From Candidatus Onthoplasma sp. (lineage in GTDB: Bacteria; Bacillota; Clostridia; Christensenellales; UBA1242): DNA of 38,628 nt. Positions 24,395 to 32,452 of the stretch are shown piece by piece. The notes below the pieces were generated by a model. That model worked only from the letters and a program-made list of their open reading frames with translations, was not told where the DNA came from and did not search any database. Made by a program: the position numbers and the translations under genes. The DNA is taken from positions 1-38,628 of the forward strand of contig JAZUAB010000091.1 of the NCBI GenBank assembly GCA_045637745.1. Reading direction: 5' to 3'. Position 1 is the stretch's first letter; the number at the start of each line of letters is the position of its first letter.

Positions 24395-26482
24395 TTATAC
24401 CACTTGTAAAAATTGGCTATTATACAATTCGGCATAAAATCCTTTTTGCGCTAATAAGGTTTCATGATTGCCTTGTTCGATAATATCGCCGTCTTTTAAT
24501 ACCAATATTATATCAGCGTTTTTGATTGTTGATAATCTATGTGCTATTACAAAGGACGTTCTACCTTTTGTTAGTTTATCCATAGCCTCTTGAATAACAA
24601 TCTCCGTTCGAGTGTCAACATTTGAAGTTGCTTCATCCAAAATAAGCAACGGACTGTCTTTAATCATTGCCCTAGCAATTGTCAGTTGTTGTTTTTGCCC
24701 TTCTGATAACCCTAAACTGCTATCTATTCTAGTATCATATCCATCTTTTAATGTTTGAATAAAATGCAATAAGCCTACAGCAGAGCATACTTCATTCAAT
24801 TTTTCATCTGGCACATTCGGGGTGTTGTATATTAAATTTTCCCTTATCGTTCCATCAAATAACCAAGTATCCTGTAAAATCATATCAAACAAATCGTGAA
24901 TGTTGTGCCTGGTTATAGATTTTGTTGGTACTCCATCGATAAATATATCGCCATAATATGCAACACCTATCGTACAATTTTGTTGCGTGTCAATATCATT
25001 ACCTGTAATTACTGGAACATTATAATTAATGCTATTATCATCTATGTTTAATACAAAATCTTGATTAAATTTTAGTATTTGATTTTTAGGCAAATCGTTG
25101 TTGCTTATACAAAAATCTGTTTTATTGTCGTTTATATATAAAATTCCATCTTCATCAATTAATAGTTTAATTGATTTGCCATTGTCAAACACCTTATAGT
25201 CTGTCATTTCACTATTAATGATAAGTCTTGGTTGTTTTAATTCATAAAAGCGCATTAATAAGTTTACAATAGTAGTTTTACCCGCGCCGGTTGGACCAAC
25301 AATGGCCACTTTTTGTCCTGCTTTTAAATTTGCTGTAAAGTTATTGATTATCGTCTTGTCTTTAACGTATCCAAATCTCACATTTCTAAACTCAACATTA
25401 CCAACCACGCTGTTTTCTTCAATCTTTGATTTCTTTTGACTTTCATCAATCAATTCTTTTTCATCCAAAAGGTCAAAAACTCTTTTTGACGCAGCAGCCG
25501 TTTGCTGAATAGACCCCATTGACTGAGCTATTGTTGTAAGCGGTTGTGCAAATAGTCGTGCATAAATAGTAAATGAGATAATTGTTCCAAAATCAATTGC
25601 CGAACTCCCGTTGAGAATTAGCGCAACGCCAATAATAAATATTGAAGCATAGGACAAATTACCTGCAAAATTCATTAATGGATGCATTAGTCCTGCTAAT
25701 GCTTGTGATCTCCAATTATTAGTATATAATTTTTTGTTTATTCCATTAAATTTATCTTTAGACTTTTCTTCTGCATTATATGATTTAACTACATTATGAT
25801 TAGTATAAATCTCTTCAATGTGACCGTTCATTTCTCCAAGATTTTGCTGTCTTAGATTAAAATATTTTTGTGATTTTGTTAAAATTATAGACATTAATAC
25901 AAAGCCTAATATTGAGGTGCCAATTGTCACTAGCGCAAGTATCCAATTTACATAAAACATCATTATTACAACACCAAAGAAAAGTGTTATAGCATTAACA
26001 AGGTTTGACATCGTCGAGCCGAATGTTTGAGAAATTGTATCAACATCATTAGTAACTCTACTTAATATATCGCCACGTGTGGTTGTATCAAAATATTTTA
26101 ATGGAAGATTATTGATTTTATTGTTAATGTCCGTTCTTAATCTTTTTGAGGTCTTTTGAGTAACGCCCGCCATCAAAAATTGTTGTAAGTAATTGGCAAT
26201 TGCGCCGACTAAATATATACAAATTAATGTTATAACCACTTTAGTGAATTTAGTCATATCAACGCCAGAAGATTTGGTTAATCCATCTGTTATAAAATTC
26301 ATTAAATCTTTAATTTTTTCTGGTCCAACAATTGTTGTAATTGCACCAAAAACTGCAAGAATAAGAGCGGTTATAATTGCCGGTAAATATGGCTTAACAT
26401 ACAAAAATAGCTTTTTAATCGACTTAAAATCTGCTTTTTCTTTTGGTTGATTTAAATTTAGTCTAGGTCCAAATCCAGCCAT
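24395..26482 (-). CDS. ABC exporter subunit (fused TMD-NBD, MDR/lipid-exporter type) with a roughly 95-aa insertion in the NBD
   Basis: Six TM helices, Walker A GPTGAGKTT, signature LSEGQKQQ and Walker B LLILDEATS. An extra segment lies between RFYEL and GDIFIDG (about 24953-25237). Confidence 0.9.
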   Translation of the reverse strand: MAGFGPRLNLNQPKEKADFKSIKKLFLYVKPYLPAIITALILAVFGAITTIVGPEKIKDLMNFITDGLTKSSGVDMTKFTKVVITLICIYLVGAIANYLQQFLMAGVTQKTSKRLRTDINNKINNLPLKYFDTTTRGDILSRVTNDVDTISQTFGSTMSNLVNAITLFFGVVIMMFYVNWILALVTIGTSILGFVLMSIILTKSQKYFNLRQQNLGEMNGHIEEIYTNHNVVKSYNAEEKSKDKFNGINKKLYTNNWRSQALAGLMHPLMNFAGNLSYASIFIIGVALILNGSSAIDFGTIISFTIYARLFAQPLTTIAQSMGSIQQTAAASKRVFDLLDEKELIDESQKKSKIEENSVVGNVEFRNVRFGYVKDKTIINNFTANLKAGQKVAIVGPTGAGKTTIVNLLMRFYELKQPRLIINSEMTDYKVFDNGKSIKLLIDEDGILYINDNKTDFCISNNDLPKNQILKFNQDFVLNIDDNSINYNVPVITGNDIDTQQNCTIGVAYYGDIFIDGVPTKSITRHNIHDLFDMILQDTWLFDGTIRENLIYNTPNVPDEKLNEVCSAVGLLHFIQTLKDGYDTRIDSSLGLSEGQKQQLTIARAMIKDSPLLILDEATSNVDTRTEIVIQEAMDKLTKGRTSFVIAHRLSTIKNADIILVLKDGDIIEQGNHETLLAQKGFYAELYNSQFLQVV

Positions 26483-28251
26483 TATAACTCCTCCTTTGAT
26501 AATTGTGATAATGCGATTTCTTTATATAGTTCGCACGATTTTAAAAGTTCTTTATGTGTGCCAATTCCAACTATTTTACCTTCATCCAAAACAATTATTT
26601 TGTCGGCATCTTTTATTGTTCCTATACGCTGTGCCACAATAATAATTGTTTTATCTATCAAATTTTCTTTAATCGCTTTTCTAACCATCATATCTGTTTT
26701 ATAGTCAAGTGCTGAAAAAGTGTCATCAAATATAATAATCTCTGCATCTTTATATATGGCTCTTGCTATAGAAAGTCTTTGTTTTTGTCCACCAGAAAAG
26801 TTGGTTCCGCCTTGTGCGACTTCGCTTTCCACACCATTTTCAAGTTCGTTTACAAAGTGTGAATTTGAAATTTCCAATGCGAACTTAATCTTTTCCTCAT
26901 CAAACGTATTGCTACCATATGTGATATTTTCTTTTATTGAGCCCTTAAATAGAACTGCTTTTTGTGAGGCGATTGCAACTTTATCCCTTAGTGTTTTTTC
27001 GTCATACTCCTTAACATTGACACCATCTACATACACATCCCCTTCTGTTGTGTCATAAAATCTTGGTATAAGATTTATTAATGTTGTTTTAGCACTTCCT
27101 GTTGCGCCAATAATTGCAAGTGTTTGACCCTTTTCAATCTTAAATGAAATGTTGGTAAGTGCTTTTTCATTGTCATCACTATCTGGATAGCTAAAAGACA
27201 CTTCCTTAAATTCCACCACTCCACAATCTTTGGTGTTTTGTATATATTTTCCATTAATAATAGACGAGTCCGTTTTTAAAACTTCGGCAATTCTATTCCC
27301 GGACACTGAGGTTCTAGGCAACAGAATAAATATAAATGTTAACATCATAAACGACATAACCACTTGCATTGCATATTGTGTAAATGCAGCCATGTTGCCC
27401 ACAACTGCAATTCTCTCGGCGATTGCAACTCCCACATTACCACTTAATGCAATATTATTAACCAAAATTGCCCCAATCCAATAAATTGCAAGCATAAGCC
27501 CATTCATCACAAGGGTCATTACAGGCATCATAAATCCCATAGTTCGTGCTGTAAACAAATGATTTGTAGTTATATCATTATTAACTTTCTCAAATTTTTG
27601 TCCTTGATAATTTTCAGCGTTAAATGCTCTCACAACTCTAACACCGGCGACATTTTCTCTTGTTATATTATTAATATCGTCCGTTAGTTTTTGTATTTTT
27701 TTAAATCGTGGCATACATACCCCAACCAACAATCCTATACAAGTTAAAATAACTGCAACGCTAATAATTACAGCGGTAGTCCACTTTATATTAGTAGCCG
27801 AAATTTTACATATCGCCCATACAGCCATAATAGGCGCCTTGAATAATAATTGCACACCCGCAGCCATAAAGTTTTGCATTTGCATTACATCATTGGTGGT
27901 TCTTGTAATAAGGCTTGGCACAGAAAATTTTTTCATTTCAGCATTTGAGAATGTGGAAATTTTATCAAATAATTTTTCTCTTAGCGTCATAGAAAAACCG
28001 CTTGCTACCCTTGAAATTAGCACAGCACATATTATTGCGGAAACCAAACTTCCGCCCGCGCAAGCAAGCATCAATCCACCGTTTTTCCACACATCGTGCA
28101 TATTGGTTGTAGTGCCTTGCACTATTGTTGTTAATTTTGCAGTGTAATCAGGCATTTTTAGTTCTAACCACACTTGAACAACTATAAGGGCTATAGTTAT
28201 TGTTATCAAACACCAATCTCTCTTTTTTAAATTTTTAAATAAACTAAGCAT
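26482..28251 (-). CDS. ABC exporter subunit (fused TMD-NBD), partner of 24395-26482
   Basis: Walker A GATGSAKTT, signature FSGGQKQR and Walker B IIIFDDTFS. Start set at ATG 28249-28251 (GGTGAGGA SD). Its stop overlaps the downstream start (TAATG). Confidence 0.9.
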   Translation of the reverse strand: MLSLFKNLKKRDWCLITITIALIVVQVWLELKMPDYTAKLTTIVQGTTTNMHDVWKNGGLMLACAGGSLVSAIICAVLISRVASGFSMTLREKLFDKISTFSNAEMKKFSVPSLITRTTNDVMQMQNFMAAGVQLLFKAPIMAVWAICKISATNIKWTTAVIISVAVILTCIGLLVGVCMPRFKKIQKLTDDINNITRENVAGVRVVRAFNAENYQGQKFEKVNNDITTNHLFTARTMGFMMPVMTLVMNGLMLAIYWIGAILVNNIALSGNVGVAIAERIAVVGNMAAFTQYAMQVVMSFMMLTFIFILLPRTSVSGNRIAEVLKTDSSIINGKYIQNTKDCGVVEFKEVSFSYPDSDDNEKALTNISFKIEKGQTLAIIGATGSAKTTLINLIPRFYDTTEGDVYVDGVNVKEYDEKTLRDKVAIASQKAVLFKGSIKENITYGSNTFDEEKIKFALEISNSHFVNELENGVESEVAQGGTNFSGGQKQRLSIARAIYKDAEIIIFDDTFSALDYKTDMMVRKAIKENLIDKTIIIVAQRIGTIKDADKIIVLDEGKIVGIGTHKELLKSCELYKEIALSQLSKEEL

Positions 28252-28400
28252 ATTAATCCTCACCATATTATTTTTATATTTAATCTGTTTGACACCAATC
28301 CACTTTACAATATCAATGACATTATCTTAATATCTTAAATTAATTTTGGTGTTAATGTTATTAAACATTTAAATATTATTCAATTAAACAAACGATATAA

Positions 28401-28441
28401 ATCTTAACAAATGAAATCAACTTTGTCAATCGCGTTGACAA
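28401..28441. promoter_or_regulatory. Promoter of the ABC operon plus a palindrome of two facing -35-like boxes
   Basis: Minus strand reads TTGACA (28429-28424), 17 nt, TAAGAT (28406-28401). Inverted repeat TTGTCAA (28423-28429), TCGCG spacer, TTGACAA (28435-28441). Confidence 0.5.
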
Positions 28442-28480
28442 GGTTGCAATACTTTTATAAATATATGCATCAACTATTAA

Positions 28481-28506
28481 AAATGCCCTTTAATAAGGGC
28501 GTTTTT
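28481..28506 (-). terminator. Terminator after the opine-dehydrogenase-like gene
   Basis: AAAATGCCCTT-TAAT-AAGGGCGTTTTT, 3 nt from the stop at 28509. Confidence 0.75.
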
Positions 28507-28508
28507 AA

Positions 28509-29603
28509 TTATTTATTTTTATAAAAACCTATAATATCGTTTGGTGTATTTATATCAAATTTGCGTAAGTCAAATGCATTGTCAGTTCCTGATAAATTGT
28601 GATACCAATTTGACACCATTAGCATATTCGGACAATCAATATTACATACCTTGGCAAATGATAAAATTAAATCTAACCCATACGGAAAGTCTGAAGTAAA
28701 ATATCTCGAATCAAAATCTGGAATATAGCCCTCTTCCAATCTAATACTTGGAGTTTTCAACCCTTTAAAGCTATTAATTGATGTTAATTTATTTTTCAAT
28801 TCATAAATGTTTGTACTTTCATAATGCTCTAGTAGTGGTATTATTCCACTCATATTCATTCCACACTGTGACAAATAGTCTAGAATAGTTTTCAATTCAT
28901 TGTCCATATCAACCAATAGTTGAGCGCTATCAATATCCCATTCTTCATAGAATAATGGAAGTGACTTATAAACAATATCTTTGTTATAATCTTTAAATAA
29001 GCAGTAAAGACGACTTGTATGTAATATTGCATTTGAATTTATTAATGTAATATTTGCATAATTGTCTAAAACTTCTACATCCATATTGTATAATTGTGAC
29101 AACACAATTGAAATTGAATGTGAGTGTTTAGCAGGAATTGTAGCACTTTTTAAAAATGCTCTAACTCCCGACTCTCTAGTCAATCTTCCCTTTTCAATAA
29201 TTCTAGTAACTGCATGTACTCGTTGCAAACCAGATATTGTACATCCATGCTCTATACAGGGCTTAAACCACAGTTCAGCACCTCCACTTCCTGGAATAAA
29301 TATCAGATTCTGATTTTTTAATAATGGCAACATTTCTTTAGACAATTTTTCCAGCAAAAAGTGTGGATAAGTTATAAAAATATACTCAGCACCATCAATT
29401 GCATCTTTTAAAGAATCGGTTATTTTTGCAATTTTTGCGGTTGTAATTATTTGAGAATCTTCATTAATTGATTGCATATTGTGTAAATATTGATCAATTT
29501 CCCCATTACGATTGCTTATATATAAATTAACATTGTTTTGCTGTGAGAACTTTGTAGCCAATACAGATCCCATATTACCGCCACCAATTATTGCAATGTT
29601 CAT
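28509..29603 (-). CDS. NAD(P)-dependent opine (octopine/nopaline) dehydrogenase-family oxidoreductase
   Basis: N-terminal Rossmann motif IAIIGGGNMG and a C-terminal block DSRYFTSDFPYGL resembling the Octopine_DH helical-domain motif (RY..ED.P.GL). Confidence 0.6.
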   Translation of the reverse strand: MNIAIIGGGNMGSVLATKFSQQNNVNLYISNRNGEIDQYLHNMQSINEDSQIITTAKIAKITDSLKDAIDGAEYIFITYPHFLLEKLSKEMLPLLKNQNLIFIPGSGGAELWFKPCIEHGCTISGLQRVHAVTRIIEKGRLTRESGVRAFLKSATIPAKHSHSISIVLSQLYNMDVEVLDNYANITLINSNAILHTSRLYCLFKDYNKDIVYKSLPLFYEEWDIDSAQLLVDMDNELKTILDYLSQCGMNMSGIIPLLEHYESTNIYELKNKLTSINSFKGLKTPSIRLEEGYIPDFDSRYFTSDFPYGLDLILSFAKVCNIDCPNMLMVSNWYHNLSGTDNAFDLRKFDINTPNDIIGFYKNK

Positions 29604-29614
29604 TTAACCTCCTA

Positions 29615-31441
29615 TTAAATAAATAAATTTCTAAATAATCCTAGTATTATATTATTTTCGTCTGTATCTTTAACAGATATTCTAATATAACTTTGTCCAT
29701 TAAAATAATTTTTGGTTGACAAATCTTTAATAAGAACATTCTTTTCATTTAACGCTTTCACACAAAAATCATATGAAGATATATTATCAAATTTAATCAT
29801 AATAAAGTTTGCTTGAGATGGATATGCTTTCAAGCCCTTGATTTTTGCAAGTTCACTTAGCATTCTATTTCTTTCTTCTGCTATTCTATTACAAGCCCTT
29901 GCATAATCTTTAGCATATAAATTATATACCTGCAAATAATATTCTGCAAAACTATTAATGTTCCATATTTGCATATCTTGTTTAATTTCTTTTAATAACT
30001 CTTTATCGCTAGAAGCCAAAACACCCAATCTTAATCCCGCAACACCGTAGGATTTTCCTATGCTTTTTATAGCTATCAAGTTTGGATATTTCTCCAGCAT
30101 TTCATTGCTTAATAAAGTATATCTCTTGTCTTCATCTGCAAAATCAATAAATGATTCATCAATAACAACTTTAACGTTTTTATTTTTAGCATATGATAAA
30201 AGTTCTTCAACTTGGGTCTTAGATAACATACTTCCGCTAGGGTTATCTGGGCTAACAATCATTAGCATATTTGAGTTATCACACGCACGCTTATATTCGT
30301 CAAGATTAATAGAATAATCCCACTTAGAATTGTCAATTGGTATAATTTCGCAATTCCTAAAACATCTTACATATTCATTAAATGTTGGAACACCTACACA
30401 TATTTTCCCTCTGCTAATGTGACCTAATGAATTTATAAGCTCAGCTGCACCATTTCCTACCAATATATTTCTTTCATCCACGCCAAATACTCTTTCCGCA
30501 TTCATATTTTGAATATGTAATCCTGATGGGTAATTATTTAATAATATAGGAAATTCCTGCTGTAATTTTTTGACCATTGATTGCGTTGGGAAATATGGAT
30601 TTACAAGATAATAAAAGTCCAACACCTTGTCATAACGCCAGTATCCACCAAATTTTGATACAAACAAATCATATTTTTGTTTGCCAGTGCTAAACATAGT
30701 ATTTGCAATATCTAAATCTTGCGCATCATCAATTTCATACCAAGGCAAATTGCCAATCTCATACCCATACATTCCAGTTTTTGACAAATGTGCTATAACC
30801 TTAAGTGTGGTTTCATAATAACTATTTAATCCATACGCCTTCATGTATGCTTCTAAGAATGGAATGTATGCATTTGTACAAAACTCTTTGCTTAATTTGT
30901 AAATATTAACAGTCTTGTAATATTTGTCTAAATTAAGGTAGTCCATATCCGCTTTGTCAATAAATTGAGTAATATAACCGCCTTTGCCAGAATTTTCGTC
31001 ATCACATGTCACAACGGTGCCATCCATCCAACTTTTATACTTAGCAATAACAGCAATATTGGGATGTTCGTCTTTAACAATTAAATTAATAACACTAGCA
31101 TCAAAAATTAAGTCCGATTCCAACAAGATTGTATCATCCTCTTGCAAATATTCTTTTGCCATATAAAAAGAATAAATATTATTTGTTTTGTAATAATCTT
31201 CATTGTTAATAAAGCAAAATTCAATACTGCTATTGCTGTACTTATCATTTATATAGTTAATCAGATTTTGACCTTCATAGCCAACAACTATAATCATTTT
31301 ATTTATTCCAGCTTGCTGAACCGACTCAATTGCGCGATCAATAAGCCTTTTGCCAGCCACTTCAACCATACATTTTGTATTATTATTTGTGTATTTGCCT
31401 AATCTTTTGCCCATTCCGGCAGCCAACATTAATGCTTGCAT
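29615..31441 (-). CDS. Bifunctional fusion of a LicC-like nucleotidyltransferase (N-terminal) and a class I/II PLP aminotransferase/decarboxylase-like domain (C-terminal, HisC/CobD-like)
   Basis: N-terminus LMLAAGMGKRLG (the G-x-G-x-R-L NTP-transferase loop). The C-terminal half carries SPDNPSG and KSIGKSYGVAGLRLG (PLP-lysine block). 608 aa in a single ORF. Confidence 0.75.
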   Translation of the reverse strand: MQALMLAAGMGKRLGKYTNNNTKCMVEVAGKRLIDRAIESVQQAGINKMIIVVGYEGQNLINYINDKYSNSSIEFCFINNEDYYKTNNIYSFYMAKEYLQEDDTILLESDLIFDASVINLIVKDEHPNIAVIAKYKSWMDGTVVTCDDENSGKGGYITQFIDKADMDYLNLDKYYKTVNIYKLSKEFCTNAYIPFLEAYMKAYGLNSYYETTLKVIAHLSKTGMYGYEIGNLPWYEIDDAQDLDIANTMFSTGKQKYDLFVSKFGGYWRYDKVLDFYYLVNPYFPTQSMVKKLQQEFPILLNNYPSGLHIQNMNAERVFGVDERNILVGNGAAELINSLGHISRGKICVGVPTFNEYVRCFRNCEIIPIDNSKWDYSINLDEYKRACDNSNMLMIVSPDNPSGSMLSKTQVEELLSYAKNKNVKVVIDESFIDFADEDKRYTLLSNEMLEKYPNLIAIKSIGKSYGVAGLRLGVLASSDKELLKEIKQDMQIWNINSFAEYYLQVYNLYAKDYARACNRIAEERNRMLSELAKIKGLKAYPSQANFIMIKFDNISSYDFCVKALNEKNVLIKDLSTKNYFNGQSYIRISVKDTDENNIILGLFRNLFI

Positions 31442-31577
31442 ATAAAACTCCTCACCTATAAGTATATAATTATTATAACTAATTTTTATTATCTTGGCAA
31501 ATGATTAAAGATTCTTAATGTTGATTTGTTTGAAAAAATTTAAAATTCTATTATATTATCTTAATATTGTTAATTGT

Positions 31578-31606
31578 TTGACTTTTAAGTAATACTTTGT
31601 TACAAT
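31578..31606 (+). promoter_or_regulatory. Promoter of licD-like gene
   Basis: TTGACT (31578-31583), 17 nt, TACAAT (31601-31606). AAGGAG SD before ATG 31628. Confidence 0.6.
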
Positions 31607-31627
31607 AATTGTGTTTAAGGAGAATAT

Positions 31628-32437
31628 ATGAGGCAAATAACAGATCTTAAGGAATTTCAACAGATCAGTTTAAATATTTTAAAATTTGTAGATAAGGTGT
31701 GCAAAGAACATAACATTAAATATTGTCTTGGTTATGGCACCGCCTTAGGAGCAGTGCGCCATGGTGGATTTATTCCTTGGGATGATGATATCGACATATT
31801 AATGACACGTGACAATTATGATAAGTTTTTATCTATAATGAAATCAATTAATGATTCACAATACAAGTGTATTGCATTCCCAGATATTTATTATAAATTT
31901 GCTAAAGTGGTAGATACTGACACTGTTGTTGAAGAGATAAATAAAAAGGAAGTCGATGGAATGGGTATATATATTGACATTTTCCCAGTTGACAATGTTA
32001 ATGCCAAGACTTCTAAAAAAGATCATCGCATGGCGGATGCATATAAAACTATGGGTCTACTTGCAGCCAGTACTAAATTTGAAAAAAGTGATGATGGATT
32101 ATTAACAAGCATTGTAAAATGGCCTATCAGATTGTTCGCTAAAATTTTCGGTTGGAAATTCTGGATTAAAAAGGCTATTAAGCGTTCGACCAAATATAAT
32201 AATATAGAAACCGATTTGGTCAGTCCCTATGACGCAACCAGAGAAAAAGCTATATATAATAAATCAATGTTTGAAAATTTAACCACAATTAAATTTGAAG
32301 ATACGGAATTCCCTATTATGAAAGATTATGATAAATATTTAACTCAATCATATGGCGACTATATGACTCCACCACCAAAAGACAAGCAAAAACATCACGC
32401 GTGCATCGCATTTCATAAAAATAAGCAGGAGAATTAA
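31628..32437 (+). CDS. licD: LicD-family phosphotransferase (transfers phospho-alcohol from a CDP-alcohol to a glycan)
   Basis: Hallmark block CLGYGTALGAVRHGGFIPWDDDIDILM plus a downstream DIFP block. Confidence 0.85.
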   Translation: MRQITDLKEFQQISLNILKFVDKVCKEHNIKYCLGYGTALGAVRHGGFIPWDDDIDILMTRDNYDKFLSIMKSINDSQYKCIAFPDIYYKFAKVVDTDTVVEEINKKEVDGMGIYIDIFPVDNVNAKTSKKDHRMADAYKTMGLLAASTKFEKSDDGLLTSIVKWPIRLFAKIFGWKFWIKKAIKRSTKYNNIETDLVSPYDATREKAIYNKSMFENLTTIKFEDTEFPIMKDYDKYLTQSYGDYMTPPPKDKQKHHACIAFHKNKQEN

Positions 32438-32452
32438 TCCTGCTTATTTTTT
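32421..32452. terminator. Bidirectional terminator hairpin containing both stop codons of convergent, overlapping genes
   Basis: ATAAGCAGGA (32421-32430) pairs with TCCTGCTTAT (32438-32447). The loop GAATTAA holds the licD TAA stop (32435-32437), and the Wzx TAA stop (32434-32436, minus strand) overlaps it by 2 nt. T5 follows on the plus strand. Confidence 0.7.
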
